Below, piece by piece: positions 1-11,290 of a DNA stretch of 64,000 nt. The position numbers and the translations under genes are program-made. Below the pieces are notes generated by a model. It was not told the origin of the DNA and searched no databases. It saw nothing but the letters and a program-made list of their open reading frames with translations. Source of the DNA: Lama guanicoe (Eukaryota); assembly GCA_013239625.1 (NCBI GenBank), contig MU054391.1:4111824-4175823 (forward strand). The letters run 5' to 3'. Numbering within the stretch: the stretch's first letter is position 1; each line of letters starts with the position of its first letter.

Positions 1-828
1 TGGAAACTTTACTAAGTACTCATGCATTGTCTTGTTTAAATAAATCCCTTTTTCTGTTAAAGTCAGCTTGCTCACAGTGCAGAATCCCTATCAGAGCTGC
101 AATATCACTTACAGCAAGTAGTTGCAAAAGTGCTGTAAAGGGGGTGTTAATATTCCCTCCTGCATATGCAGAAACTGAAGCCCAGAGAGGACATATAACT
201 TGTCTAAATTATTGGCTTGGCGTTTATTATTTATTAACATTAGTAGTAAGTATCAAGTATATCCTACAGGGGGAGGATCATATTGAGAGAAAGTCATAAA
301 ATAGCAAGTTGCCTGAGATTTGAAAAATAAGGCAAGTGATTAAATAACAATTAAAAAAATCAGAAACAATCCTTCAAATCAAGTTTAAGGTCAATATCTC
401 TGGTGACATATCTGGCTTTATTCATGTTTCCTAACACCGATGCTATTTCAGGCTGACAAATTTCCTAGTTTCTCTCCTGCAGAGGGTGACGAGGGAGGAA
501 GGAGGAAGAGAGGAGACACGAGCACAGCTGCACTGAAATTGTAGTCATCAGAGGGAGTGGGCACAAAATATTGTGTCAGTGGCTAGTAAACACTGACTAA
601 AGAGCCACAAGATTTCTTGAGAACCTACCTCTTTCAAACCTTGTAGCTTACAAAGACCACAAAGCTTCCATACCACCTGTTAAACAAGATCTCACAAATT
701 CTATGAACCAACATTTAGAAAACACTTTTTTTTTAAACTAACAATTTTGAAAAGTAGTACTCCTCTTTTCTCAAGAAGTAGGATGTGGCAGGCTCTGAGA
801 GATGTTTGGGAAACACGTGCTTCACCCA

Positions 829-974
829 TTTTTTTTTAACATTTTTTACTAAGTTATAGTCATTTTACAATGTTGTGTCAATTTCCAGTGTAGAGCACAC
901 TTTTTCAGTTATACATGAACATACATATGTTCATTGTCACATTTTTTTTCGCTGTGAGCTACCGCAAGATCTTG
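829..974 (-). mobile_element. Young 5'-truncated L1 3' end (camelid-type 3'UTR) with poly(A) tail
   Basis: Poly-T at 829, then 'aacattttttactaagttatagtcattttacaatgttgtgtcaatttccagtgtagagcac', closely similar to the copies at 15919 and 36912. Imperfect TSD 'cacccatttt'/'cacaccatttt'. Confidence 0.85.
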
Positions 975-1445
975 CACACCATTTTATTAAAATTCCCATG
1001 CCCATGTCCGGTGTGGTATGTATTTCAGAATGCAAATGTTTTCTTGGCACTTTCTAAGAAATCTGGAAAGATCCAAATGAACATAAGAACTGGTGGGTGA
1101 TAAGTGTGTCACAACCAGAATTATAGATTTTAGAGCTGGGAGGAAACAGAGTTGCCTATTTTTAAAATATAAATTCCAACTGTTCAGAGCCCTGTAGTTT
1201 CCAGGATTTAATTAATGCTCTTTGAGGGCCCATTAATGAGGTGTAGAGACTTCTGGGTTGGCCTTTCCTGGCGCTCTAATAACGTATAATACATATTAAA
1301 GCCTATTTTGGAAAGTTATTTCTCCCAACTTCTGCAAAAGTACGGCTTCAAGCAAAGGAGATTGTCATCCAGCCTGGACGATTCTGTGGAGGGCTCCTCC
1401 TAACAACAGTCCCCAAACATAGGTGAGGTTGCGCCCCTTCATCCT

Positions 1446-1892
1446 TGTACCAGTTTACTAGGGCTGCTGTGACAAGGCACCTCCGGCTGGTTGGCGGCAA
1501 TAATGGAAGTCCGCCTTCTCACGGCTCTGGAGACCAGAAATCAGAGATGAAGGGGATTCTTCCGAGGCTGTGAGGAAGAGCGTGTTCCAGTCCTGTCTCC
1601 TAGCTTTGATGCTTTGCTGACAGCCTCTGGCTTCCTTGGCATACAGAAGCATCTCCCAGTCTCCGCCGTCAGCTTCACCTGGCCTTCTCCATCTGTGCTT
1701 GTCCGGGTCCAAATCCCCCTGTTCGTAAGGACACCAGTTATCCTGGATTAACAGTCCACCAGACTCTGGTATGACCTCGTCTTAACTAATTACATCTGCA
1801 CAGCCTTATTCCTAAATAAGGTCAAATTCTGAGGTACTGGGAGTAGGATGTCAACATATGAATTTGGAAGAAACATAATTCAATCCATAACA
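1446..1892 (-). mobile_element. MaLR solo LTR (MLT1 family)
   Basis: TG...CA termini ('tgtaccagtttactagggctgctgtgacaa' to 'caatccataaca'), with typical MLT1 blocks 'cttaactaattacatctgca' and 'cctaaataaggtcaaattctgaggtactggg'. Confidence 0.85.
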
Positions 1893-3169
1893 ATTCCAGT
1901 ACAGACAAGCCAGTCTCCTCTGGCTCCCAGCCCCTTGCCAGCTCAGTCTCTCTACCCAGACCGCCCTTTCCAGTCTTCCCTCCCCGCTTTCTCCCTGTCC
2001 ACTGTCATACAGAAAGCCCTGACTCTCCTGAAGCCCTCTCAGAACACTGTAGAACAGTCCATTCACCTCAATGACTTTTACTCTTTGTCACTCTCCATCT
2101 TTAATTCTTTCTCTCAAAAAATTGCTTAACTCTAAAGAGTGGCGAACAGTACGTCCTTAATCTGGTGTGTTCTGTACTGCCTTCCATAGGTGGATTTGTG
2201 TTTCTGGAGCTCAGAAGAATGTGGCTGTCCTACAGATAGAGAGTAGGCATTTGCTGTCTTGATTAAAGAGAAAAAAAAAACCAGGAGAAATAAAAAGAGG
2301 GGAAAAGGAAAGAATAGAAAAAGGAAAACACAAACTGTTTCTGAAGCTGAAGCTAAAGAAGGTGCTGGACATATGTTCTTTTGGAACATTTTGCGTTTCA
2401 GCTGAGAAGGTGGCTGCATTGCAAATTAACATGGATATATTTAGCACAAAGAATATACTCCGACACAAGGAGCCTTTCGTGACAACTGCAGCTACTAGAC
2501 AGCGAGCTGCTTTAGAGGGCAGAGGTGTTGTTAATTCAGCTTTGCTAAAGGCATTGGTTGCTGACTGACTCTGTGATTGTGGGCTTAGGTTCTCCAGAGG
2601 AGCCTCTACTTAGCAACTAAGGCATCTTGAATGATGAAATTCTAGGTGGCATTGTTGTCAGGAGAGTTTTGTCATGAGGAACAAATCCCGACACTCTCTG
2701 GAAACTGGAGAAACAGCAAGTGTCGGGGCGTGCTGGCTGGATTCTCCAGAGCGCAGAAGGGCGCTTAACCATTTCCTGTCCTTCTCTCCGTAAACTTTTT
2801 TTTTTTTCTTCTTCTTCTCAATTTGTAGGTGCAGTCTCTGGCAGATATCATGAATTTTCTTCTGATGCTTTTTGTCAACTAAAAGTCATTCTAAGATTTT
2901 TAAAAAATATATTTTTAGGTAAAAAGTGACTCTTTTTAAGATTATTCCTATCAGAGCTAATGTAATAGTTAATGGGAGAAAAGCGCAATTTTTAACGACT
3001 ACCTTTAAAATTCTTCATCAGTGGTTTCTTGCTTCAGTTAGTGAGTACTTTTGATTTTTTTATTCTCAGCCTTGGTGGGGTGGGGGGAGCGTGTCTTAAT
3101 CACAGTCTTATTTTAACAGCCTTTTACTCGTACTTACATGCATTCTTCATGTCTTCCCTTCAGACCGCA

Positions 3170-3282
3170 GGCTCCTTGAAGGCAAAGGTAGATTTTTTTT
3201 TCCCTTTGTCTCCTTATAAGTCAGCACATTCTTGGCATACATAAGTGCTCAATAAATGTTTGTGAGCAAATGAAAGAATGAA
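3170..3282 (+). mobile_element. L2 3' terminus
   Basis: 'gctccttgaaggcaaagg...cttggcatacataagtgctcaataaatgtttg...aatgaaagaatgaa' matches the L2 tail. Confidence 0.75.
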
Positions 3283-5159
3283 AGTGTCTAAACAGAGTTA
3301 GGTAATATTTTTCGACTCGACGCCAATATACACTTAGCAATGTCACAGAGGACAGCAGTTTGCTAGGAAAGGTAATTTGAGAGTGTCTGCGTTCAACGAT
3401 TAAGAGCAAAATGATACTAAATAGTTTTCCACTGGCAAGTCTCTGGAGGCAGGAGGTGAGCCGTTGCTGGTTAAATTGTACTAGCACAAAACATCACAGC
3501 GTTAGACTGCAGCCTGGAAGCCCATATCAACGTTTCTGTATTTCTTGCCAGTTCCTTGTTAATCCTTTAAAAGGGTAGGTAAAAACGATGCCAAGGGCTT
3601 ATATTATGTAGGCTGATTTATGGATCCCATTTACTCAAAGATTTCACTCCACATACTGTGCATGCCAAAAAAAATTCATTTCAGGAAAGCTTAATTGATT
3701 GATTATGCCACGCAACATATATGGCTGGAGAGTATGAAGGACATCTTGTTACAGACTTTACGTGGCACCTTTCATTTTCAAAATCGTTTAGGTTTCTCAT
3801 TCGTTGATCACAGTGACAAAGGCTTTTAGGGGTAAAAGGGTAGACCCCGTAAGCTCATGCCTCACCCATGTCTTCCAGTTGTGACCCTCAAATGAATATG
3901 AGCTTTAGGCAGAACTGAAGCATCCACTACGAAGCGTAGATTTTGAGATGAGTTTTGAATGCTCCTTCCAAGATCACATGATAGTATTAATAGATTTTCC
4001 AAGTTGGTATGTGGCAATGTCTTCTTCATATCAACCAAAAATATAATGGATTATTTTTGAAGCTCTTAGAACAATAATTTTAAAAATCTGCAAAACCTCT
4101 AGCACCAAATAAAACAATGTATTATCTCTTTATCATTGAAAATAAAACTCTAAACCTTTGAAATGGAACTTCTAAAATGGTTTGCATGAGCTAATGAGAG
4201 GATTGGGACACTAAAAGAATGATTTTTGTTTGTTTTTACAGTTAGTAAAATAATAATATTGCGTTATTGTATTCATTTTTGGTTGGTAAGATAATTTGGG
4301 TGCAATGAGAATTCATTGTTTGGCTCTTATGTATAAGAATCCTAAGGAATGCTTTCTTCATGGAGCTGTAATCTTTTAAGGGAGGAAGAAAAAAAAAAAA
4401 CAGAGAAAGATGCCAAATGCTATTTTAATATTTTTCCTTTTGAAACATAATGTTTAGTAAAGAAAATCTGTAACCATACATATAAAAAAAAGAAGAAAAT
4501 TAAATATTCTTGTAGAAATAATGTTATTAATGTGTTCATATTTTGGTTATATATGTGTGTGTCTGTACATTGTGCAGAATAAAATACATTCTTACTTTTA
4601 AACTTAAATTTATTTTGTGGGCATATCACAAGTTATTAGATTTTCAGAAATATATATTCATCATTGCTTAATAATCTATTTTGCAGATATATTAAAGTTT
4701 ATTTAACTGTAACTGAGCTCTTTATTTGAAACATAAGTTAGAATTCAGATATGTTTTTTCAGTGTAGCACTCTGGTGGATTAGACCCACCATTTGGCAAT
4801 TGGTTACATGCATTATATTTTTGGTAAAGAGAAATGCATTCTCTCTCATTAATCAGTGGCAACTGCCTGTGATTTTTCACAGCGATATTGTCAATGTCTG
4901 GCATAGGACATAGGGACTTAAATGTTCATGGGACACCGAAGGCCTGGCATGTCAATGGCGGTGCTTGATAGAAGACTGCCCATCTCACAGACAAGAGGTG
5001 AGTGATGTCAGCTAAGTAGAGAAGCTGCACCATAACTCATGGCAGGATTTCCCAGGGGATTTGCAGTATTGCCCAACGGGATGGAAACACAATATGGTAT
5101 ACAGGCACCAAGCAAATGCAAAAGCTCATTTGCTTGGAGTTGATGAGATGGAAAGTGAA

Positions 5160-5640
5160 TGTGTTGCTTATTGATTTATTGCTGCCCAGCTCCAAATCAA
5201 ACTTTTTGTCTGCTTTGTGGAAATGAATCTGGGCCCTTTGATTTTTTTCTCTTTGCTGGCTGGCATGATGTTAATCTTTGTCAGTAGAGGGTGTTGACGA
5301 GACATTACAGGAGGCCCGGGTTTTGCTTTCTGGTTCTGGTATTTCCCTGGCAGGCTCTTTCCAGGTACCCAGATCTCCTGGAACTTTGATCCTGCAGTGC
5401 ACAGTGGCCCTGGCGCCCTCCTCCCACCACCTTGGACATATTTTTGCAGTGTGTCTCTGTTGAGTAGCTCACAATAAACACCTTTCTCCTGCAACCCAGT
5501 GGGTGCATATACTGCAAGTCCTGGAGGGCAGTACCACGATGGCTTCTCTGTCATAGTGGACCACAGCTGTGTCCTCTCCAGCGAAGTCTGGATGTTAGGC
5601 TGGGGAAAGGAGGCACTCTTTCCCCTGGACACTCTCCCTG
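5160..5640 (+). mobile_element. ERVL-class LTR (LTR40/LTR41-like)
   Basis: Begins 'tgtgttgcttattgatttattgctgcccagctccaaatc' after a purine-rich 'ggaaagtgaa'; contains 'gctggcatgatgttaatctttgtcagtagaggg'. Subfamily assigned from memory. Confidence 0.55.
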
Positions 5641-5679
5641 AGTGGGCCTGACCCAAGCAAAGAAGCCCTCTATAAAGGG

Positions 5680-6064
5680 ATTTGAAGCAAGAGAGGTTTT
5701 GCTCCTGGCCTTGAAGAAGTGAGCTTCCATGTTGTGATTGGGTCTTTGTGAAGGTTTGTGAGGAGAGGGTCACATGGCTGGAAAATTCTAGTAGCTTTAT
5801 AGTCGCCTGCTGACAGTCAGCAATTGAAGGGGATTCCAGTCCCAAAGCTGCATGAAAATTAATTGGATTTTTCCCCAGTCAAGCCTCTGATGAGAACTCA
5901 GCCCCAGTCAACATCCAGATTGCACCCTGGTAAAAATCTTGAAGTAGAGAATCCTAAAAGCTGTGCTCAGACCCCTAACCCAGAGAAACTATGAGATAAT
6001 GAACCAGTGTTATCTTAAGCTCTTAAGTTTGTACTAATTTGCTTGATAGCAATAGAAAACTATA
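5680..6064 (+). mobile_element. MaLR LTR (MLT1 family), 3' part
   Basis: 'ccccagtcaagcctctgatgagaactcagcccc', 'cagagaaactatgagataat...ttaagctcttaagtttg...atagcaatagaaaactata'. Confidence 0.8.
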
Positions 6065-6708
6065 GAAAGCTGTAATAAAATCATGGGACATATTTTTCAT
6101 CAGCTCATTGGAGGGAAGGAAAGAAAAAAGAAAATATTTTCTGAAATCAGACCACGGTTTTCCAAATGAGAGTGTCTGGTCCACTGCCAGTGTGTGCTTG
6201 TCCAGGAAGTGGGAGAGCCCCGCAGAGCAGGGCCATGATGTTCTGATCGTGTTGTATTGATTACAACCCCTATTGCTACAGCTGCTAATTAACTTGCACT
6301 GAATGCTTATTTGACATGCCAGGCATATTTTAAATGAGAACGTATAATTTTTATAGTAAAAGATAAGTTATCATTGAAAAACAAAAGACTAGAAAAGGTT
6401 TATTTTTATTAATTACAACTAGGTATATTAGAAATGACAGTTCATGGGTTAATTTCACAGACTCTTTCAAAACAGGTGTGTGGAATTTGGCTCGAGAGCG
6501 GTATTTTGTAATAAGATAATTTGTTAAAAGCAGAGAAGGGGTAAGAGTGGCCTCTGGTGGGAGCTGAATTTTGTGATTAAAATACATAATGTCCTACCTG
6601 TGGCAGACACAGCTCCGTGGTCATGAAAGGGAGAAATACTGGGAGGGGGAGGAGGAAGGAAGTACCCAGCAGGCCGACCAAGGCTGAGCTGCTAACGGGG
6701 TGGAAGGG

Positions 6709-7409
6709 TGCTGGATAGTCTCCTTTGCTGCTATAACAAATTACCACACACTTAGTGGCTTAGCAAGTGTAGATTTATTATCTTGCAGTCTTGTTTGGGG
6801 GCCTGGATCGGCCCCTCACATTCCTGTGATGCTGGTTTCTTCAGGCTGGAATTGAGGTGTCAGCTGCCTGTGCTGTTATACGTGGCTCCTGGGAGCTGAC
6901 TTCACTATCCCACTGTTCTTCTGTTACTGTCTACTATTCTACTACTAGCAGTAGGTCTCAAAAACAATGTACATACCATAATTTAAAAAAATATTGCTAA
7001 AGTTCACATCATTGGTAGGGTCTTTTTTCTTTTTAACTTTAGGTCTCTCAGGTCCCTGTTTCCTGGCTGGCTGTCATCTGGAGGACAACCTTAGCTCCTG
7101 GAGAGCCTCCCTCTGGTCCTCATACATGGGCCCCTCTATCTCAGAGCCAGAAATACTATATCAAGACCTTGTCACACTTGGACTCTCTGTGACTTCTCCT
7201 TCTGCCATACCTGACTCCAGCCAGAGAAACCTCTCCGCTTTGAAAGGTTGATGTGGTGACAGCGGGCCAACCTGGATCATTTAGGGTCGTCTTCCAGTCC
7301 TAAAGTAGGTAACCTAATTGCACCTGCAAGTTCTTTTTTTCCCATGCAATGCAGCACATTCTTGGCTTGGGACACGGGCATCTTTGGGGCCACTATTCTG
7401 CTCACCACA
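6709..7409 (-). mobile_element. MaLR solo LTR (MLT1 family), interrupted by a ~100-bp insert
   Basis: 'ttgctgctataacaaattaccacacacttagtggctta' to 'ggggccactattctgctcaccaca'. Confidence 0.8.
6956..7001 (+). mobile_element. Short Tigger1-like internal fragment without TIRs
   Basis: 'tctcaaaaacaatgtacataccataatttaaaaaaatattgctaaa' resembles the Tigger1 5' region as I recall it (TCTAAAAAACAATGTACATACCTTAATTTAAAAATACTTTATTGCTAAA). Confidence 0.55.
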
Positions 7410-7679
7410 GATGCACCCTTGGGAAGCAGTGGTCAAGTCGGGCACACGGCTCCCAAACACCTTCAGCATGATTTAGCTGCTTCCTCTATGGAGCCAGAGG
7501 CAGGGGAGGCAGCACGTGCCCTCTCACACGGGAAACGGAGGTTCAGCATGTGCCGTGGGCTCTAGCGCGTGGTTGAAGCCCAGGTTCGGTCTGGCTCTCC
7601 CATGGCTACATACCGGCCGCGTACGGCTGTGCATGTGGGCCCAACCTAGCATGAGAGGGTCTTGGGGAAAAGAATCTCC

Positions 7680-7830
7680 TACTCTTTTTGATAAAATGAG
7701 GATAAGAAAATTCAATGAGTGATAAACTAAAAAATAATGACACACTTTACTGAAGTCTTATGGTGATTAAATATGATAATCCATGTAAAGGCCTTGCACA
7801 CAGTGGGTGCTAAACAGAACTTAGTTCCTT
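7680..7830 (+). mobile_element. MIR SINE fragment
   Basis: MIR core 'taaaatgaggataa' and 'gattaaatatgataatccatgtaaaggccttgcacacagt'. Confidence 0.7.
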
Positions 7831-10299
7831 CTCATCCTCTCCTATGCTCACAGGAACCTTCCAAGAAATGAAATTTTGAAGAAAACAGGAAAAGTACTGT
7901 AGATGCCTACTATATTAGAGAGACGGGTAGTACTCAGTTTCTACCTGGTGATTCTCAAAAGTTGTGAGCCTACCTGAAGACATTAAAAATATACACTATT
8001 GAAATATCCAATAGTTAGGCATCTGGACAAATAAAATGTTATAATTTATACATGTGAAATACAACATTGAAATAAATCTATGAAGTGTCAGTAAATCAAG
8101 TGGAAAGATCTTTGATAATTTTTTTTCTATGTATGGAATGGCTCAAAGTGGTTTATTCTGAGTTTACAGATGTGTAAAAGTTCATAAATAATTCACACAA
8201 TAGGACAATTGAGAATAATTTGAAGCCTATTACATCAAGCACTATTGTTTGTTATAAATATCTACATGACACTGAAACTCCAATTTCTTCTGCGACCAAG
8301 CATTAGAATCATTACTTGGCAATTAAACCAGTGTCTCAACGATGTTTGCTCAGACAATACACGTAAGAAAGGGTTTCATGAAAACCGGTGTTCTCGGTGG
8401 CAGCGGGAGGGTTCCCGGGCTCTAGGATGTTGCGCTTGAGGGAGGATCACGAGAAGGAAAACTTTGGCCCCTCTCTGAGGCTGCTCTTCTCTTAGAAGTG
8501 GGTCTTAGTTCTCACTTCCCAAAGCCTCAGGCTCCTCTCATTCGCCTTTTCTTGCTCTTCTCATTACACAGTGAAATTTTCTGTTAGAACTTTCCTCACT
8601 ATATTTTTGGGATTTTTGGTTTGTGTGTTTCTGTTTCCCCCATTGGACTGTGAACTCCTCACGTGTATAAAGACCACCTACATCAACTCTATTTGTAGTT
8701 CTAGCTTGGTTTTCTGGGTTCGAACTGGCCCTCGGGAAAGCCTGGCAGTTAAAGGCACTGAAGGACTTGAGTTGCAAGCGGAGAGTGAGAAAAGGATTTA
8801 AGACCACGAGGGCAGATATGGGCTAACACACAGTACGAGGGGGAAAGGAAGCCTGGGGACAGAATGGGAGAAGTACATCTATCATCTCAAATACCTCACC
8901 CTGGCCTCTAGGTTTATTCAAATTTAGTTCGTCTATTGAATCTGGAATACACACCACCATATTTTTTCAGAAATATTTTCAGTTGTTTAACAGTTCAAAA
9001 TCAGCAATAATCATACTCATTTGAAAAACAAGAAAAGAAATAATAAATGTAAAAAAAGAGAGAAGAAAAGACACATGTCCATGATCTACTTATTTGAGGC
9101 TGTGCTCAGAATATTGAAATTGAGAGCTAGATGTCCAATAAGGCACATACTTGGCTTGTATATTTTTTTTAAGAAAATCTGCTGTTTTTTTCCCACAGTA
9201 ATTGTTTCGTAAGGTTGAGGACACACGTTACCTGCTGGCATCTGGCTCTGAAAGTGTGAAAACCTAAATCTCAGAACAAAAAGCATTCAAGTTCAGCATC
9301 CCGTTTGGACGACGTGTGTGGCTGCACTGACGACCTGGGCCGCGCTGGCTGCTGGTTCTAACTCGGCGAGCTCATCACACAGGTTGTTCAGAGCAAGCGC
9401 CTGGATATTCACTCTTAATAAAGGCCTGTGAGATTATTCCTATTTCCTGAGACTTTCGTAAACAACCAACAGATGACTCCTGGTGATAATCAGAAACCAT
9501 CATCTCAGTCAGTTATAATATATTCCATGTCATGCCCAATCCGGTGAACTGGACCAGCAAATGCCTGACTATATATATAGTGTGTGTGTATATATATTTC
9601 TCCCTAATTTATCATCTTGCCACCATTCTGGACTTTTTCACTACATACGATTTCAAGCATGATCCTTTCCTTGTCTGCTTCTTGCTCGCTTATTATCTTC
9701 TCAAAATTTAGGAGGTTGAACTACTAAACCATAGTAAAAAGAAAAGCATCTGAATCCTTGTTGTAATTCCCAGTTAAAAAAATATCTTCCACCAGCAAAC
9801 ATGTTCAAGATGTTATTTAGCACTCATGAAATATTACTACATTCAAGCTTAGTCATTTTATGGGACCATTCAGAGGTTGGATGAACTTATTGTTTCAGTT
9901 TCTATTAAATATTTGAAGAGCTCATGCTCTGTAATAGCTAAATTCTTAATAAAGGCATTTGCATAAGAGTGCAGTGTTCTTTCAAAACCAGGCATGACTT
10001 TGGGCCTTAATGCCCTGTGACTTATGGCAAGAGTTTTGGTTAGTCATACAAAGTTCACTTTTTAATATACAACGAGAATGGCCAGTTGATTGTCCAGAGT
10101 GAATGCTGGCCTCCAGCTTAACAAGATTCACATTTACTTATGCCCTAGAACAAGCAGTCTTCTCCACCGCAATCAAAGTGTGACAGTGATTTCTGCAGGT
10201 GCACAGGAACGCAACGCAGCGCTGCGCTGGAGCCCACGCACCGTCATGTTTCAGACAACCAAACAACGAGGTAGAATTACTCATTAAATGGCACTTCCT

Positions 10300-11290
10300 G
10301 TCGCTATGGGCCAGATACTGCTAAGTGACAAAACACCAAGCCAAAACAGAAGCGTGGCTCCTGCTGCAAGCATTTCACTGTTGACTAAAATGAAAATGAA
10401 TAATCACTTTGCATGGGCTACATATCATAGTAGGTGTATGTAGAAGGTCTTCTAGGGACCCGGGGCAGGGAGGAACTAGTTCTGCCTGGAGAGAGCAAGG
10501 TATTTTCAGAAATGACATTTCTTGGAAAGTTCATGAAGAGGTAGAAGAATTAGGGTGTGGGTTGTAGATTGCTTCTCCCTCTGATTCTCACTGTGGTGTT
10601 GAGTCAGTAATGTGGACTCATGGATTGCCATGCCATTTTGTGTACATTTGCTTCCTCATTTGTAAAATGGGATAATAAATCCAAGGTCACTGATGTCAGC
10701 TCAACTCACAGGACTGATGTCATTATCAAAGGAAATGTTTGAGACAATGTTTTATAAACCCTATGACAACACACTTGCAGGAGATTATATCAGAAAGATA
10801 AGTTGGGGACAGATCTGGGGGACGCTTCTTACCACCTAAGAAATATGTACCTTGTCTTGTAGATGGTCTTTATTTTGTAGGTCATTTTTGAGATGGACAA
10901 TGAATGTGGAAGGATGTGTAAAAGAAAGTATAGAAGGTGAGAATAAAAGTCCAGGAACCCACTGAGGATTATTGTAAAAGTACTGATTGGAGATCATAAT
11001 TGCCTAAGCTTGGGTAGTAACAAAAGAAATGGAAGGAAAAAGTGAGTTGGAGCTAAACTGATGAAGGAGCAGCAGTAAGACTTGGTAACTGAATTAATGT
11101 GGGTGACCGATATGAGAGAGGAATCAAAAATGACCACACGTGTAGAACGATGCTGTGGCCATTAACCCAAGGAAGGCCCCTAAGGTGTGTGGGGAAGGTG
11201 AGTAACGCTCAGATGTGCCTGGACTTCTGTGTGACGGGCACAAGGATGGAGCTCGAGGGACAGACTGGGGATTCACCAATGCAGATGTTA
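10300..11290 (-). mobile_element. Degraded L2 fragments with a nested MIR (~10620-10790, + strand)
   Basis: Purine-rich L2-antisense phrases ('gacttggtaactgaattaatgtggg...gagagaggaatcaaaaatgac'); MIR core 'ttcctcatttgtaaaatgggataata'. Confidence 0.55.

Noticed and set aside
5168..5845. Longest ORF (225 aa, - strand)
   Set aside because: It lies antisense across two LTRs, has a non-ATG start and shows no recognisable domain.
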